In this document: piece by piece, positions 22,719 through 35,736 of the stretch
Layout: each line of letters begins with the position of its first letter
Position numbering within the stretch: the stretch's first letter is position 1
DNA from: Lytechinus pictus
Taxonomy: Eukaryota
DNA: 60,000 bases
Assembly: GCF_037042905.1 (NCBI RefSeq)
Contig: NC_087252.1
Location: forward strand, 26,600,001-26,660,000
Direction of reading: 5' to 3'
Position numbers and translations under genes: made by a program
Notes under the pieces: generated by a model
Database searches by the model: none
What the model saw: the letters and a program-made list of their open reading frames with translations, nothing else
What the model was told of the DNA's origin: nothing

Positions 22719-25592
22719 TGAGCTGAATACAAATCAGCTTTATACGATTTGAGTGTATTGTAGTACAGTATAAAGGAGCTTTTTCAGTACGTGCGCTTTT
22801 CATGGAGTGAGCTGCTAAATTTTCTTAAATTTTTGTCATTTCCTGGATGGAAAATGTACAACACCCACTATACTCTGAATAATTTATATCACTTGTGGCC
22901 CTGGACCTCCTCTTCATGAAGGCATGCCTAATTTGTACTTTGATCAGAAATGTTTTAATAGAAAACTGCCTGAATGGAAGCTAAAACTTATTCAATTGAC
23001 ATTTTAAGGACCTTGTGAAGGCAGATTTTCAGAGTGATATGATATGAGCACTGCTGCTATGATAACATCATTCACAATTCTGTAAAGTGCAGTGTCATGT
23101 CTGGGATTTAATATGCCTGATAGATAAAATAAAATGCCATGCATGCAAGTTTTAAAGCGATGAGAGACATGTATTCCTTGAAGCACTTCATTAGAGCTGT
23201 AGAGTTACATGACCCTCCCCTAATAATTTCTGGAATAGTGATTTCAGTGCTCTCAAATCACGCCCCTTTACAAATAGAATTTTCTTTGAGATTTAATTTT
23301 CACATCCAAGCGAGGCAATTTCATTTAAAGATTTTTGGTCTCTCAGGGGGGGGGGGGGTGGGGAAGAGATGAAAAACTCCCATTGGCTGAGCACTGTAGA
23401 AAGTAGAAATTTGAGGGGGCATGACTCCCCCCGCCCGGCAAGTGGCCATGCTTCATCATTCGATACATGTACTGTATCATCACAATTTTGTGATTTTATA
23501 CATGTAGTTATTCTACAATATTTTGGTTAATAATTTTATACGCATTCATTCAATTATTGTTTGAAATAAATATTCAAAACTATAAAGAACAATAATTTTT
23601 TAATTCAATTGGAGAGCCTCTATTTGTTTGCACTCATAAAATAAAGGATAAGCATTGATTTTTTTAGTTTTCGTAACAGTTTGCAAATTGGACTGTGATA
23701 TGTTTGATATCCCGAGTCCTCTATATGTGCAAATGACATTGTTTAACAATCAAATATTCACTGTGTATTCACGATAGTACTCATTACAGTTGCACAATAT
23801 CAAGCAGTCAGCACTTGTTGCTTTGAATTTGTGTCTTATTTACATACATTATTAAAAGAGAGAGAGAGAGAGAGGAAAAAAAAACTCTGCCAAGTTCATT
23901 CACATTCACCATCGATTGATTTTGATCATTTTGTAATCGCTTTTCACAACAAACAGTCCAAGCTGGAAAATCATGTCTGCTTTTTGGCAGTAACTCCTAG
24001 CAACAGGAAATTAATGTTATGCTTCTATTGAAATGAGGATGGCGGCTGGTAAATAGCATCTATCGGGGATGTGAAAAGATGGAAAGAGAGGGGGGGGGGG
24101 GCGTGCTACATGACAATAGAGAAAGGGGGGGGGGGTGTAGAGTAGACAAAAGCATGCGGAGCGGGAAGATGTTTTAGGAGACAGGAAAATTATTCAGGAA
24201 GATGATAGGGGATGGTAGGGAGGAGAAAATGATCCAAGCTCAGTTAAAAATGTTGAATTCCTTGGATGAGGCTAATAACCTGTCTCTGTCAAACCGGATT
24301 TTGACATTTCGTTGGTTTCCAGAAAACTTTAGTTTGAGTTCAAGGGCTGGATAAAAAAAAGTAGAGTAAAGAATTGAATAGAGAACTTTGGTCTCTGCTA
24401 GTCTTGTAAATCAGACCGTACATCGTATGGAAGTTTTTCTTTGCAATACATTCCCTGGTATCTGCTTTAAACCAGATTTAATGGTGCAAAATAATTGATT
24501 CGATTTTAATTTATTTTTTCCTTGGTTTCATTTACAATTCATAATAATGCATACAAGTACATACAGCCTGATAAACAAAGAATATTTATGATTCATAAAA
24601 ATATATAAATATGGTATACAAAGAATGATTTGATTACATTTACAAACAATGTAATGAAGTTGAAAAAGTGAACATGACTAGAATAATAACAGTAATGGAT
24701 TGGATTGCTAATTCTGGGCTGTGAGAAAACAAAATAATTGTATCATAAATTTTCATTATGTGTATGTATAGTGTGCATATTCTCCTACATTAAAATGTCA
24801 AATAAACCAAAATGATTCATTTTTTATCATGTGTACTGTACATGTACCTGGTAGAAAGCAGTATGTCATCCTTGAATTAGTCTAGTGAAAATCGGATTAA
24901 AAAAAATTGTGTGTTTTTTTAGTATTCAATCACATGTATACAGTACAATCACAATATTTACAAGTAATTGAACATTATTTGAAACTTTTCAAAAGTAGTA
25001 AACATCACAAAAACAAAGGAATTAAAAAAATCGATTTCAAGCATTAAAACTTGGTGTATTCTGTGTACATCGCATTGAAATATTTTACAGGAAAATCACT
25101 TGGATGACTTTGTTTTTATTTTTCTCCCCAAAACACCAAACATAAATACATGTACACTGCCTTGCAGCCTTCCGGAATATAGTACAGTATTTATCTAGGC
25201 AGGATATTACATGCAAAAAAAAAAGAAAGCATTTTCAGGGAAAATACCTAATCTACACAGAATTTTGGGAAATGACTGCCCCCAATGTACATGTATCTGT
25301 GCCCGATATACTAAAACTGATTTTTTTTAGGAATTGTTTTTTTTTTCTATAATTTTGGTATCGGTACATTTTGTTTGCATCCATGGGCATTATACCTATA
25401 CATGTACAATTTATATTTATCAAATCATTTGGAATCGCTTGACACATACATGTACACTCTGTAATTTGTTACTTGATTCTGAATTAATATTTTATCATTG
25501 TGACAACCGTTCCAGTCTTCTGTTATAGTAGGGTGATGTATGGTCGGTCTGTGTTAATTGATTATGAACCCAGAACTATTGAAGGTCTTTAT

Positions 25593-26061
25593 GAGGTCGC
25601 TCTCATTACGCTTTCTAAAACTAGCTTACTGGAAACCGATTCAGGAAACCAGTTTGGAAGTTCGTTTTGCTAGCGTTCCCACTTGATCACACAAAAGTGG
25701 TTTTCAAAATCTCTTCGGGTAAAGCAATCTTGTTTTGCCATGGAACGCTCTCAGTGGGGTAACATGTTTCACGCGAAATTCGAAACCGCAGCGTAGGAAT
25801 TACACACCTGTCATGCGGAGTAGTGCCCTCAAATGTGCGAAGATCGCTTCCCGAAGAATGGTTGTGTCTTCAATACGCTATAAAAACCAGTTTAACGAGG
25901 CAAAGCGATCTTGAAAATGACACCGCGAGGTGGTTTTCTGATCTGGTTAGGAAGATCGCTACCAAGATAGCTTGGACTGTTCTCACTACACGTAAAACTA
26001 GTTTCCATTATAAAAAACTAGTTTCCAGTAATCTAGTTTTAGGAAGGTAGTGAGAACGGTG
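25593..26061. mobile_element. TIR MITE (Harbinger-like)
   Basis: gctctcattacgctttctaaaactagcttactggaaac vs gtttccagtaatctagttttaggaaggtagtgagaac inverted ends. Confidence 0.7.
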
Positions 26062-26384
26062 TTTACCGGTATGTGGTTTATACAAACCCTCTTGTCTGGA
26101 CTTGAATTTCCTTTGAACGGTTTCCCTCCATAGTCACATACACACACAAAAATATTCTGAAATAAAAGTACGAGGAAAAACATTTTGAGGAAGAAGTAGA
26201 AAATTAGTCACAGCCGAATGCTGATGATATAGGCATGGCATCTCGTACATTAGTTTTGATCAAAACCTCCCTCCATTTTGGAGTTCAGATACTATAGTGG
26301 AGGACAAAATATTTTACCTAAAATTTGAATGTGCATGCATCTTTTTTCTGGGTGGGGGGGGGGGGGGAGGGCACCCTTCTTGCA

Positions 26385-26630
26385 TTGGCCAGGTTAGGTC
26401 AGTTGCTCAGGATACAAGTACTGGTATTAAACATTTTAAATTTGATGTTGAAGGTCTGGGGTTCAAATCCTACCGCAGTGTTCCTTTGTCAAGTCGTCTG
26501 TCTGCATTTGCCACTCTCCACCCAGGGGTATATTATGGGAACATGTGATGCTTGAGTGCGACTGAGGACTTGGTCTGTTTGTTGTAATCTACTAGTATAT
26601 TTTCCATGTGAGCGTTATAATGTGCCCTTT
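26385..26630 (+). mobile_element. Degenerate tRNA-derived SINE
   Basis: ggttcaaatcc B-box-like motif and ctctccacccagggg...atggg body motif. Confidence 0.45.
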
Positions 26631-27226
26631 CAAAGTGGCCATCACATGTTCTCTCTACAGGTCTAGGGCATGTTTCTTGAAACATCTTGTTTACGATTTT
26701 CACCGATTGATTGGCTCTGAGCCAATCAGATGCATGGATTTCAGAAGCTAATGTCATTGAAAAATCATTATTTGTTTCATGAAATGCTTCCTCGATGTCG
26801 GCCTACTACTTTGGCCTCCATGTACAAGTAATCTATATGGAGAGTTTTTTTTTTGGATATAGCAAAGTGGAATGATGCAATATCTTTGTCAGTCTTTGCA
26901 TTATTAATCCATAACTACATGTACAAACTTCATGTTTGATAGAGTAACTGCAACTTCCAGTAGCCAGAGTGTTAAAAATAATAATTTTAGTCTGTGGTCC
27001 AGACTATCAGATCTGTTGATCACCCATAACAATAGATCGAAATCCATTGACGGATTTTCAATAGTGGAGCTAGTCCATCCATATCTCATTGTATGCAAGA
27101 GTGTGGAGGTGTGTTTTTTTGGACTTTAGACTTGAGTTTTATGTGTAGTCTGTCGCCACAGACTCTAAATAAATTTACACTTAAATACCATTTGAACTTT
27201 ATAAATTAGGTTTTATGAGTGTATAT

Positions 27227-27650
27227 TTAAAGGTAAAAGAAAGTAGTTGGAGCAAACAATTATTTCATGAGAAAATTTTTTAAAGGTTTTAAAGGTTCAT
27301 GATCACAACATTATCATGCATCTGGTACATTAATGTACCGGTAAACTTATCTTTGTGATATCATTAAATTTAGCTGAACACCGATAATTCTGATCATCAC
27401 TAAACACAAAAAGGCATATGTGGAACAGTGTGTTAATATCGCTTGGAAAAATACCTGACATTTGATGGAATTCTGTGCATATTTTGCTCATTTCTTAGCA
27501 ATTATGCATTTTCTTCCAGAGCCATTTGGCATATTTATATATAGGCCTACAGTATTTTTTATTTATACATACAAACACTTGGTGGTATAAATTTCATTGG
27601 ATTCTGTTCGAACTCGTTTTGAGGTCGTTACCACAAGTATTTTTCTTTAA
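27227..27650. mobile_element. Kolobok-like TTAA MITE (family B), opposite orientation
   Basis: ttaa flanks; aligns in reverse complement to 22311-22718. Confidence 0.75.
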
Positions 27651-28499
27651 GGGGCCTACATACTTGCAGGGTGTTCAAGTGTTAAAATTTTACGTGGTTT
27701 ACCATATTGACATTATAACTAGGCCTTTAAACATTCAAGTTTTTTTTTTTTTGCTTTTTTTTTTTGCTTTTTTTAAAATTACAACTCATACTCAAAACTC
27801 TTGTAAAGTATTACAGAATAAAACTCACCAAAAAAAAATATGCCTGGTGTGGAATAGATCATAATTCAACTCCAAAATCAGAAAAATTCTGAATGCTAAA
27901 CTACTACATGTGTAATACTGTACTTGTTGCAATGACAGGCAGTCCTTTGGCATGCTTGCAAGTTTTTGATACCTGCACATTACATTTGATTTGATTTGAT
28001 TTGATTTTACATATTTCACAAGTACAAACAAAATTATGAAACAATATCAGAAAACTTTATGAGAATACAAATCAGACAAGGCATAACAATTAATTCAAAT
28101 TAAAGAAAATAGCGATTTTGAATTAAAAACAATTTAAAAGAGTGAAATATGAGGGAACCTACCTGTTGGTAGGCACCTTATAATGTATAAAAAGCCTACG
28201 GAAAATAGGCCTACATGTACATGTAGGAGTCTCCGCCTTTGCACACTAAAAATAGCCTGGGTAACTGGTGCATGCATTGTCTTGATATGCAGACCTTTTT
28301 TTTCATCAAAATGTCCCGTGACCGATGTTGTGTGGACATGTTTTATTTTGGGCCATTTTCAAAGAGTTTGAATGATGAGACTACTGGTATGTACTTGAAC
28401 CAGCTGAAGCTCCCCTTTCATAACAATAGGGGTGGGCGGGGTCACACCTTACATGTATTTCCAACTGACAAACAACTCATAACTGAAGTCAATGACATG

Positions 28500-28651
28500 G
28501 GGCCCTTTGCAGAAAGAGTTGCAGTCAAAATCAAACGCAACTTGATTTTTAACCAATCAAAAGCAAGCATTTATAATGTACATGTAGGACTTGCATTTGA
28601 TATTTGGACTTGTGTTTTTTATTATAACAGAACTCTTCTTGCAATGGACCC
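28500..28651. mobile_element. Harbinger-like MITE (ttgcagaaagagttgc family)
   Basis: gggccctttgcagaaagagttg / aactcttcttgcaatggaccc; ATG 3-bp flanks; sisters at 41418 and ~59255. Confidence 0.7.
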
Positions 28652-29049
28652 ATGACGTGTTACATAGGGGCAAAAGGGAAGGGGGGGGGGGTGTAGGGTG
28701 GAGAGGGGAGCGAGGTAGGTAGGGGAGAGAGAAGGGAAGGGGAGAGATGGGGGAGAGATGGAGATCATACATAGTGTGTAGAATTGCTGTCAACTCAAAT
28801 ATAGTTGTTATGGAATTGTACCGTTCAATAGCTCTCCTTTGTAATAACTTTTTACTTCAACGTAAAAAAATAGTCCAAACCTCATCTAGGGCCTATTCAG
28901 ATTCAGACTGCATCAGCAAGTGTCTTCACTGTATTAATCTTGTCACTATTGCTACCTCAGATTTCACATGTACAGTATGTTGGCCCACCCTCTACAGTAT
29001 GTCTGGCGATTGTTCATTAGTGATTAGTAGTGATCACTCTCCACCTTAA

Positions 29050-29412
29050 ATCTTGTTTTGTCATCACTCACTGGTCTGACTGGCTTCCTATGGGGGCTGG
29101 TGCCCTTCTACGCTAGAGCTCCTGTGAGTTCTGAGCTGATACGGGCTTGCCCCTTGAATTGTCGGTGAACAGAGCAGCAGGTAGGAGGGCACCAGCCCCC
29201 ACCAGGATCTACATGTAGCTAGGAATGCCGGTGGGTGATGCAAAACTGTTCTCTTTGAAATAATGTACTTGGTTGTATTTGTTAAGATCTCTTTTTTATT
29301 TGTTTATATTTGTTATTGTTTGTATATCCAAAGGAACTGTTGCTGAGCTAGCGCCATGAGCGTATCTGGACGGTGTGTGCGCTCAATAAGATATCACAAT
29401 TATTATTATTTT
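29050..29412 (+). mobile_element. L2-like LINE/SINE 3' end containing a long RNA hairpin
   Basis: Tail agcgccatgagcg...gtgcgctcaataag...(att)n is typical of L2-type 3' ends; hairpin at 29055-29246. Confidence 0.6.
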
Positions 29413-31578
29413 ATCAGGAGGGGGGGGGGGACACCACGCCCCCATTATTTTCAAATTTTGTACAGCATCCTATGGAAGAGGGACATCTGGGGTCTCTTTT
29501 AAAACCTGTTATTCAACAATAGAGCCTAGAGGCTTCTGAAATCCTCCAGGCTGATTGGCTGATAGTAAATTTGTTGTAGAAATATTAATATGACAAGTCT
29601 TTAATATGAAACATGCCCCTGGTCCCCCCTACATGTACATGTCGATGGATAAAAAATATCAAGTTTAAGTTTTGAAATTTATTGATCAAAATCCACAATT
29701 ATTGGATCATTCTCAATTTGACTGTAAACACTTTTTATATGAACAATTACATGTACAGTGAAACACAAAAATAAAATCAATTACAAAAACACCCATAGAG
29801 AGAGAGAGAGAGAGAGATGTATTCATGTAGAATATATTGGGCCCTTTTTTTTAACAGATATATTGTAATAGTTTTTTAAAGAAACGTGTTGTGAACCATT
29901 TTGTGAACCATATCATGAGATCACTGCTTATGCCTGTGAATACATGTATTGCACAATAATGAATGGAAATGTCACAATCTTTATAGGGACACCCCCATTT
30001 TCATTTTGAAATACATGAGAGTTCTTTCATTTTGCTGTCACCCTGACATTTTTTGTGACTAGTTTTATGAATATGAAATTCTATAAAGTTCAAAGAGACA
30101 CAATTAAGTGTGAATGTGCTGTATATAGTATAAATATTTGTAAAAATTCCCCGTTCTATAAATGCATATTCTGCCTTGCAGCCTGACTGGGGTAGCCATG
30201 CTATAAAGGTGGGATACGCAGTGCTCAAAAATAGAACATTGCATACATGTTTTAGTATTGATTTTTAATATGTGATTGTCTCTTTTAAACAATATTGTGA
30301 TGTACAGTGTACAAGTAACAGTACTGTACATGTACATATTTTGTAGGCCTATGTTTTTTTTTGTTTTGCAATCCAATAGAGCCTGTTGTAGTCTTATACT
30401 GCAGACGCTATAAATGTTGATTAGCGTCTCTGCATACATCATACAGCCACAATTATACACAACTGAGGGTCATGGAGATTTGGCATTATTTATTCATCGC
30501 AAGTATTATTGGGTATTTTCATGACTGTGCACTCTGAGTGTTGTCTCCGAAAAGCAGAAATCAATAACTTTTAGTCTACATCATTGAATGCCCCTATACA
30601 TGTAAAGTCTCCTTTCATACAATTTCACAGAAACATGTAGAGGGGAGATGAAGGGGGGGGGGGGCAGCCACTGGGGGGGGGGGTGTGTTTGAGGGAAGAT
30701 TGGATGCTACCATGATACTGGTCACGCCCTGAAATACAGTAGTTTAATTTGGCCTGTGGTGTACATGTAGTTTGTCGTGCAAGTTACCCTTTATACTCAA
30801 GGAAAGAGGTCTAAATATGTAGTCTACGGTCCCTGCCAATTGAATTGTGTACAGGAGGCCCCTCTTGTCCTGAAATTGTATCAACAGCACGTTTGTGCTA
30901 TTCTTGTGTAAAGACCTACTTGTTGATCAATGTTCCAATCAGGGTCTATGCCTGCAGACTAGGGGTGGGGGCACTTCATATCATATTAAAGAAGTTTAAT
31001 ACATTTAGTTTTGGGCAATTGGGAGTCAACATGGGGGGGGGGGTGCCCCTTTTACCCCCTGGATAGATCTGCACCAGTATACAAAGAATCCTCTCACTTT
31101 ATAATAAACATGGGAAAGTCTTTTCTCAGATAGTAATCAGGTCTGAGTGCACAGACTATTCAAATTCAGCAGCAAAGGTCAGAATTGACAGGCAAATGTA
31201 ATTTATTCTCCCTTCCAGGTGTTATTCTATAATTTACCCCAACCCATATTTTTTTTTTACTAAAGGCCAAGTGATGTAGGCCTACATGAACATTGTGTCC
31301 TCATGGATATATGATAAATTGGATTCTGATTAAACTATATCTATAGTATAAAAATTGAAGTTTTTTTTCTTCAGATGATGTACATGTACAATACATGTAT
31401 TTATGATAACAAAATAATGGGAATTTATTTTATTGTGATTCTTTTTGGCATACAGATAGAGTACATAATGCCTGTGTCTGATAATTTGTAAAAATGCATA
31501 GCTTTTAATATTTTACATCAATCTGTATGCTTTTGATTTGTTTGAGTACTGCACATGTTTTCTCACAATCAACTTGAG

Positions 31579-32150
31579 TTAAAGGAAAATGAAACCCTTG
31601 AAACCAGCTGAATTCATATCAAAGAGAAAAATCAAAGAAACATATTGTTGAAAGTTTGAGGAAGATTGCATGAATAATAAGAAAGTTATGAGCATTTGAA
31701 TATTGAGATCACTAATGCCATGTAGTTCCTCCCATTGGCAATGCGACCAAGATCTGTGATGTCACACACGTACAACTCCCTCATTACTTTAGTACTTATT
31801 TCACTTTATTCTCACTTTTATAGAGTCGATCACAAGGTGAGGTGTTCTCTTTATGAGAGGACAAGTACATCATTGATGAATCGTTTGTCATATGATTAGA
31901 ATGAGCAAAAAGAGATGTTTTGGGGTATATTTTCAGTGTCCAAAAGGGGAGAGTTGTTCATCTGTGACATCATAGATCTTGGTCGCATTGCCAATGGGAG
32001 GATCTCCATAGCATTAGTGATCTCGACATTCTAATGCTCATAACTCCTCTATTGCTAGTCCTATTTTACTCAAACTTTTGTTGATCTTATTCTTTGATTT
32101 TTCTGCTTTCACAAAAGCTAACTTGCTCCAAGAGTTTCATTCTCCTTTAA
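31579..32150. mobile_element. Kolobok-like TTAA MITE (family C) with ~180-bp imperfect TIRs
   Basis: ttaa-aggaaaatgaaac...gtttcattctcct-ttaa; inner arms cctcccattggcaatgcgaccaagatct / agatcttggtcgcattgccaatgggagg. Confidence 0.85.
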
Positions 32151-32259
32151 TGTGGACTTTTGTCTTTAAATTCCATACATGTAGTATGGTACCTAATATT
32201 CATTCAAAGATCAATGGTAGTGGATCTCAACACACCCAAACTGGACTCTCTGTAAATAC

Positions 32260-32620
32260 TATTGCACAGCCTTTTCATTCCAGACACTGTCCAACCCTCT
32301 CCATCAATCTTCCTCAGGGAGTGGAGAATGAAATTAAATTAAAACATGCTTGCTTTTATACTAGTGTGAACATGCTTCCCTCCTTGACCCTTTAGACCTG
32401 CCTACAGCACCCTTGGAGAGCCTTCTCCTTCTAGACACCCTCCAACCCTCTCTATCAATCCTCCCCAGGGAGTGGTGAACGACCATTAGTTGCGTGCTTA
32501 CTTCTTAGTGTGAACATGCTTCCCTCCTTGACCCTTTTAGACCTACCTACAGCACCCTTGCAGAGCCTTATCCTCCCAGACACCCTCCAACCCGCTACAT
32601 CAATCATCACCCAAGAGATG
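32260..32620. repeat. Local tandem repeat, ~147-bp unit x2.5
   Basis: agcctt...cagacac..tccaaccc....atcaatc recurs at about 32268, 32419 and 32564. Confidence 0.85.
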
Positions 32621-33239
32621 TGTTCAGCTCAAGAGCTCTGCAGGATTTGATGAAACATCATTTTACATGTAACCAACGATATATCACCAGAGCTTGTGAA
32701 AACTATAGTTACATGTACACTGTCATATATTTTGGCCATTGCAGACCTCTTTCTATTCATTGCAATAATTTTCTAAAGTCAATAACAGGTATTAATCAAA
32801 ATAAATTTAGCATAATTTCAAACAGTCATAGACACACATGTACATGTACAACAGAAAGTACAATAAATGACCAAAGTATTTATAGAGAACAATGATATAA
32901 AAATAAACTTGTTACCTTTGGAAAGAAGAGCAATCTAATGTTATTGTACTTTTTATAGGGTGGGATTTATTATATTGCTATTTTAGAGAAGTGGACAATT
33001 GAGAATTCACTGTCATTAACTTTTTAGTCTGCTATTACGATAGACTGTTGTAAAGTTGCTGCAGACAAATTAATGAATATGCTCTGTTCTACGATAATAG
33101 GTTTGTACATACACCGATCTCTGCATTTCACTTTGTACACCTCTGCCATATGGCTCTAAAGCCTGGCATGGAGACTAGTGCAGTTGGGTGGTTACTCCAG
33201 CAGTAGGGCAGCAGCTCATAAACATGCGTGGGTGTCAAT

Positions 33240-33832
33240 ACTCAATGACTGCCAGGCTCCCAGGGTAAACCCAGTATGCAAATAGAGATGGTAATCACAT
33301 GCAAATGACATGCAAATCAGTCAAGCGGCAAACCTGGTTAGTCCGCTCGAGCAAGCCCGTGTTGTTGACATCAGCAGGGCCCAGCCAATGGGGGCTAAGT
33401 AAGCTGAGGTCACTGCACGCCCCCTTATGGCAACCGTCCCCTGATTGGCCGGGTGGGTGATGATGTCATCAGACTTGCCTGGGTCAATGAAAGCCCCGCC
33501 CATCCTTCACAAGCCTTCTACTCCGGATTACTATAGACTCCTGTGCATGAGTGAAGTCTGCAGCTCTTGCTCTGTCGCTCTCTCTACTCTAATGCAAAGC
33601 CTATGAAACGCCACAGCAAGGTCATAGGACTACTACTATTGTAAATGTTCGTTCTTGCCTGGCTGGACTACGGGGCCTTTAACTGCTCTGTAAAAGTAAC
33701 TGCGCCAACTCGGCACACTGGCGTTGTGTTGTGGGAAAAAGAAAAAACACAGGAGATTTTTGCTTCAGTGATCAATTGTTTGCCCTTATAAACTACTGCC
33801 ACAGCAAGGATACCATTATGTCGCCAGTAAGC
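33240..33832 (+). promoter_or_regulatory. Intronic alternative promoter and putative first exon (candidate CIC short isoform)
   Basis: ATGCAAAT x3 (33276, 33299, 33310), CCAAT 33385, ATTGG 33444, TGATGTCA 33461, TCAATGAA 33484, CCCCGCCC 33494. Downstream ATG TCG CCA|GTAAGC at 33818-33832 is followed by T-rich intron-like sequence. Confidence 0.6.
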
Positions 33833-34604
33833 TGACTTTCATTCTTTTGCTTTTGCTTCAAAGTTGTCAAACGAGCTTTGTATTTTATTGTTTTTTGTGC
33901 TAATTTTGATTAATTAATTGCCATTCATTATTGGTGTGCCATGATTTTATGTTCTTTTCATTACCCTTTAATTTGATTTCAAGTGAATTGAAATCCTATA
34001 CTAGATAGCCCTTTAGTCTATGCCTGGCTAGTCATACGGCATGTTGCATACCTCTTTATATTTGATCGTTTATGAATAATATCAATTTTTAAAAGCCCTT
34101 TTTTAATACAAGCATTAAATGGTCAGTCCTTTTATTACCATATAAATTTTCTCCTGTTCCTGAAAACATATATGTAAGACTAGTATGCCTAGATCTATTG
34201 AAACATTGGCCCTGTCAATTGATTTAAAAGTGAAAATAGGTCATTTCCATCTGGGGTCATTGTCTACTAAATAATATCCTGTCAACTAGTCAATAGTGTA
34301 ACAATGAATGGATTATGTATCTTTTGATCAAGTTTATTCCTTGAATATCACACCTAGCGATGTGTTAAAAATAGATATTGAAAACAAATGTTTTTGTTTA
34401 TGTGCATTACAAAACCGATCATACAGTAGTGCTGTTATGAAATTTCATCATCTGCATTTTCAAATTTTGTTTCCTCTCCCTTTTCTGTCATTTCCACCAG
34501 TCCAGATGTTTCTTTAAAAGTGTAAAAACTGTTAAATCCTGAACTACCTTCAATTTTATTTCATATTCACATTCTTTGGTAAATGATTTTATACACATTG
34601 TCAA

Positions 34605-34762
34605 AAAAATGAAAGAGAAACAGAGAGGGAGGAGGGGGGTTAGAAAATTTGATTGAAAGTATGTTATTTGAACCAAAACTGAAAAATGAAAGAGAAACAG
34701 AGAGGGAGGAGGGGGGTTAGACAATTTGATTGAAAGTATGTTATTTGTACCAAAACTGAATT
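34605..34762. repeat. ~78-bp tandem duplication
   Basis: aaaatgaaagagaaacagagagggaggaggggggttaga.aatttgattgaaagtatgttatttg.accaaaactga x2. Confidence 0.9.
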
Positions 34763-35124
34763 CATTTAGAAAATCTTATTTTGATGCATCTGTAAAAAAT
34801 AAAAATTAAGTAAAAAAAAAAGATTTACTAGTATACAAATCTTCATATTTCATTCAATTTCCCTACATATTTTGTTGTTATTTTAAATGAAATTGAAAAC
34901 ATTTATAGTTTATTCATCTGAAAGGTCTTGATCAAGATTTTCTTATTACAAAAATAAAAGAAAAACAACCTAGAATTTGTTTGTACATGTACAGTGTATA
35001 TATAAGTGCAAGATTAAAAAGAATGAAAAAAAAGGCATTGAATTAATATACCATCACAGTTCTTATTTCTCATTATTGGACGGTGAGATGCTAATACATA
35101 CATGTATGTACTCAACTTCCTCTT

Positions 35125-35736
35125 TTAAAGGTCAAGTCCACCCCAGAAAAATGTCGATTTGAATCAATAGAGAAAAATCCAACAAGAATAACATTGAAAA
35201 TTTCATCAAAATCGGATGTAAAATAAGAAAGTTATGACATTTTAAAGTTTCGCTTATTTTTCACAAAACAGTTATGTGCACAACTCCGCAACACATAAAT
35301 GAGAGTCGGTGATGTCCTCCACTCACTATTTCTTTTGTTTTTTATTGTTTGAATTATACAATATTTCAATTTTTACATATTTCACAATAAGGACCAGTTT
35401 TACTGAACCATGAAGTGTTAAAACAATTGTAATTCCCCATGTTCATGGAGGAAGAAAACTTATTTCACCTTCCAATGAGGAGAAAATTAAGATATTTCAT
35501 ATAATACTACTTACTAGAATACAAAATAAATTGTGAGTGAGTGATGTCATCAGTCCACTCATTTGCACACCGACCAGGATGTGCATATAACTCTTTTGTG
35601 AAATATAGCAAAACTTTAAAATGTCATAACTTTCCTATTTTACATCTGATTTTGATGAAATCTTCAGTGTTATTCTTGTTGGATTTTTCTCTATTTGTTC
35701 AAATCAACTTTTTGTTGGGGTGGACTTGTCATTTAA
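35125..35736. mobile_element. Kolobok-like MITE family A, full length
   Basis: ttaa-aggtcaagtccacccc...ggggtggacttgtcat-ttaa. Confidence 0.85.
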
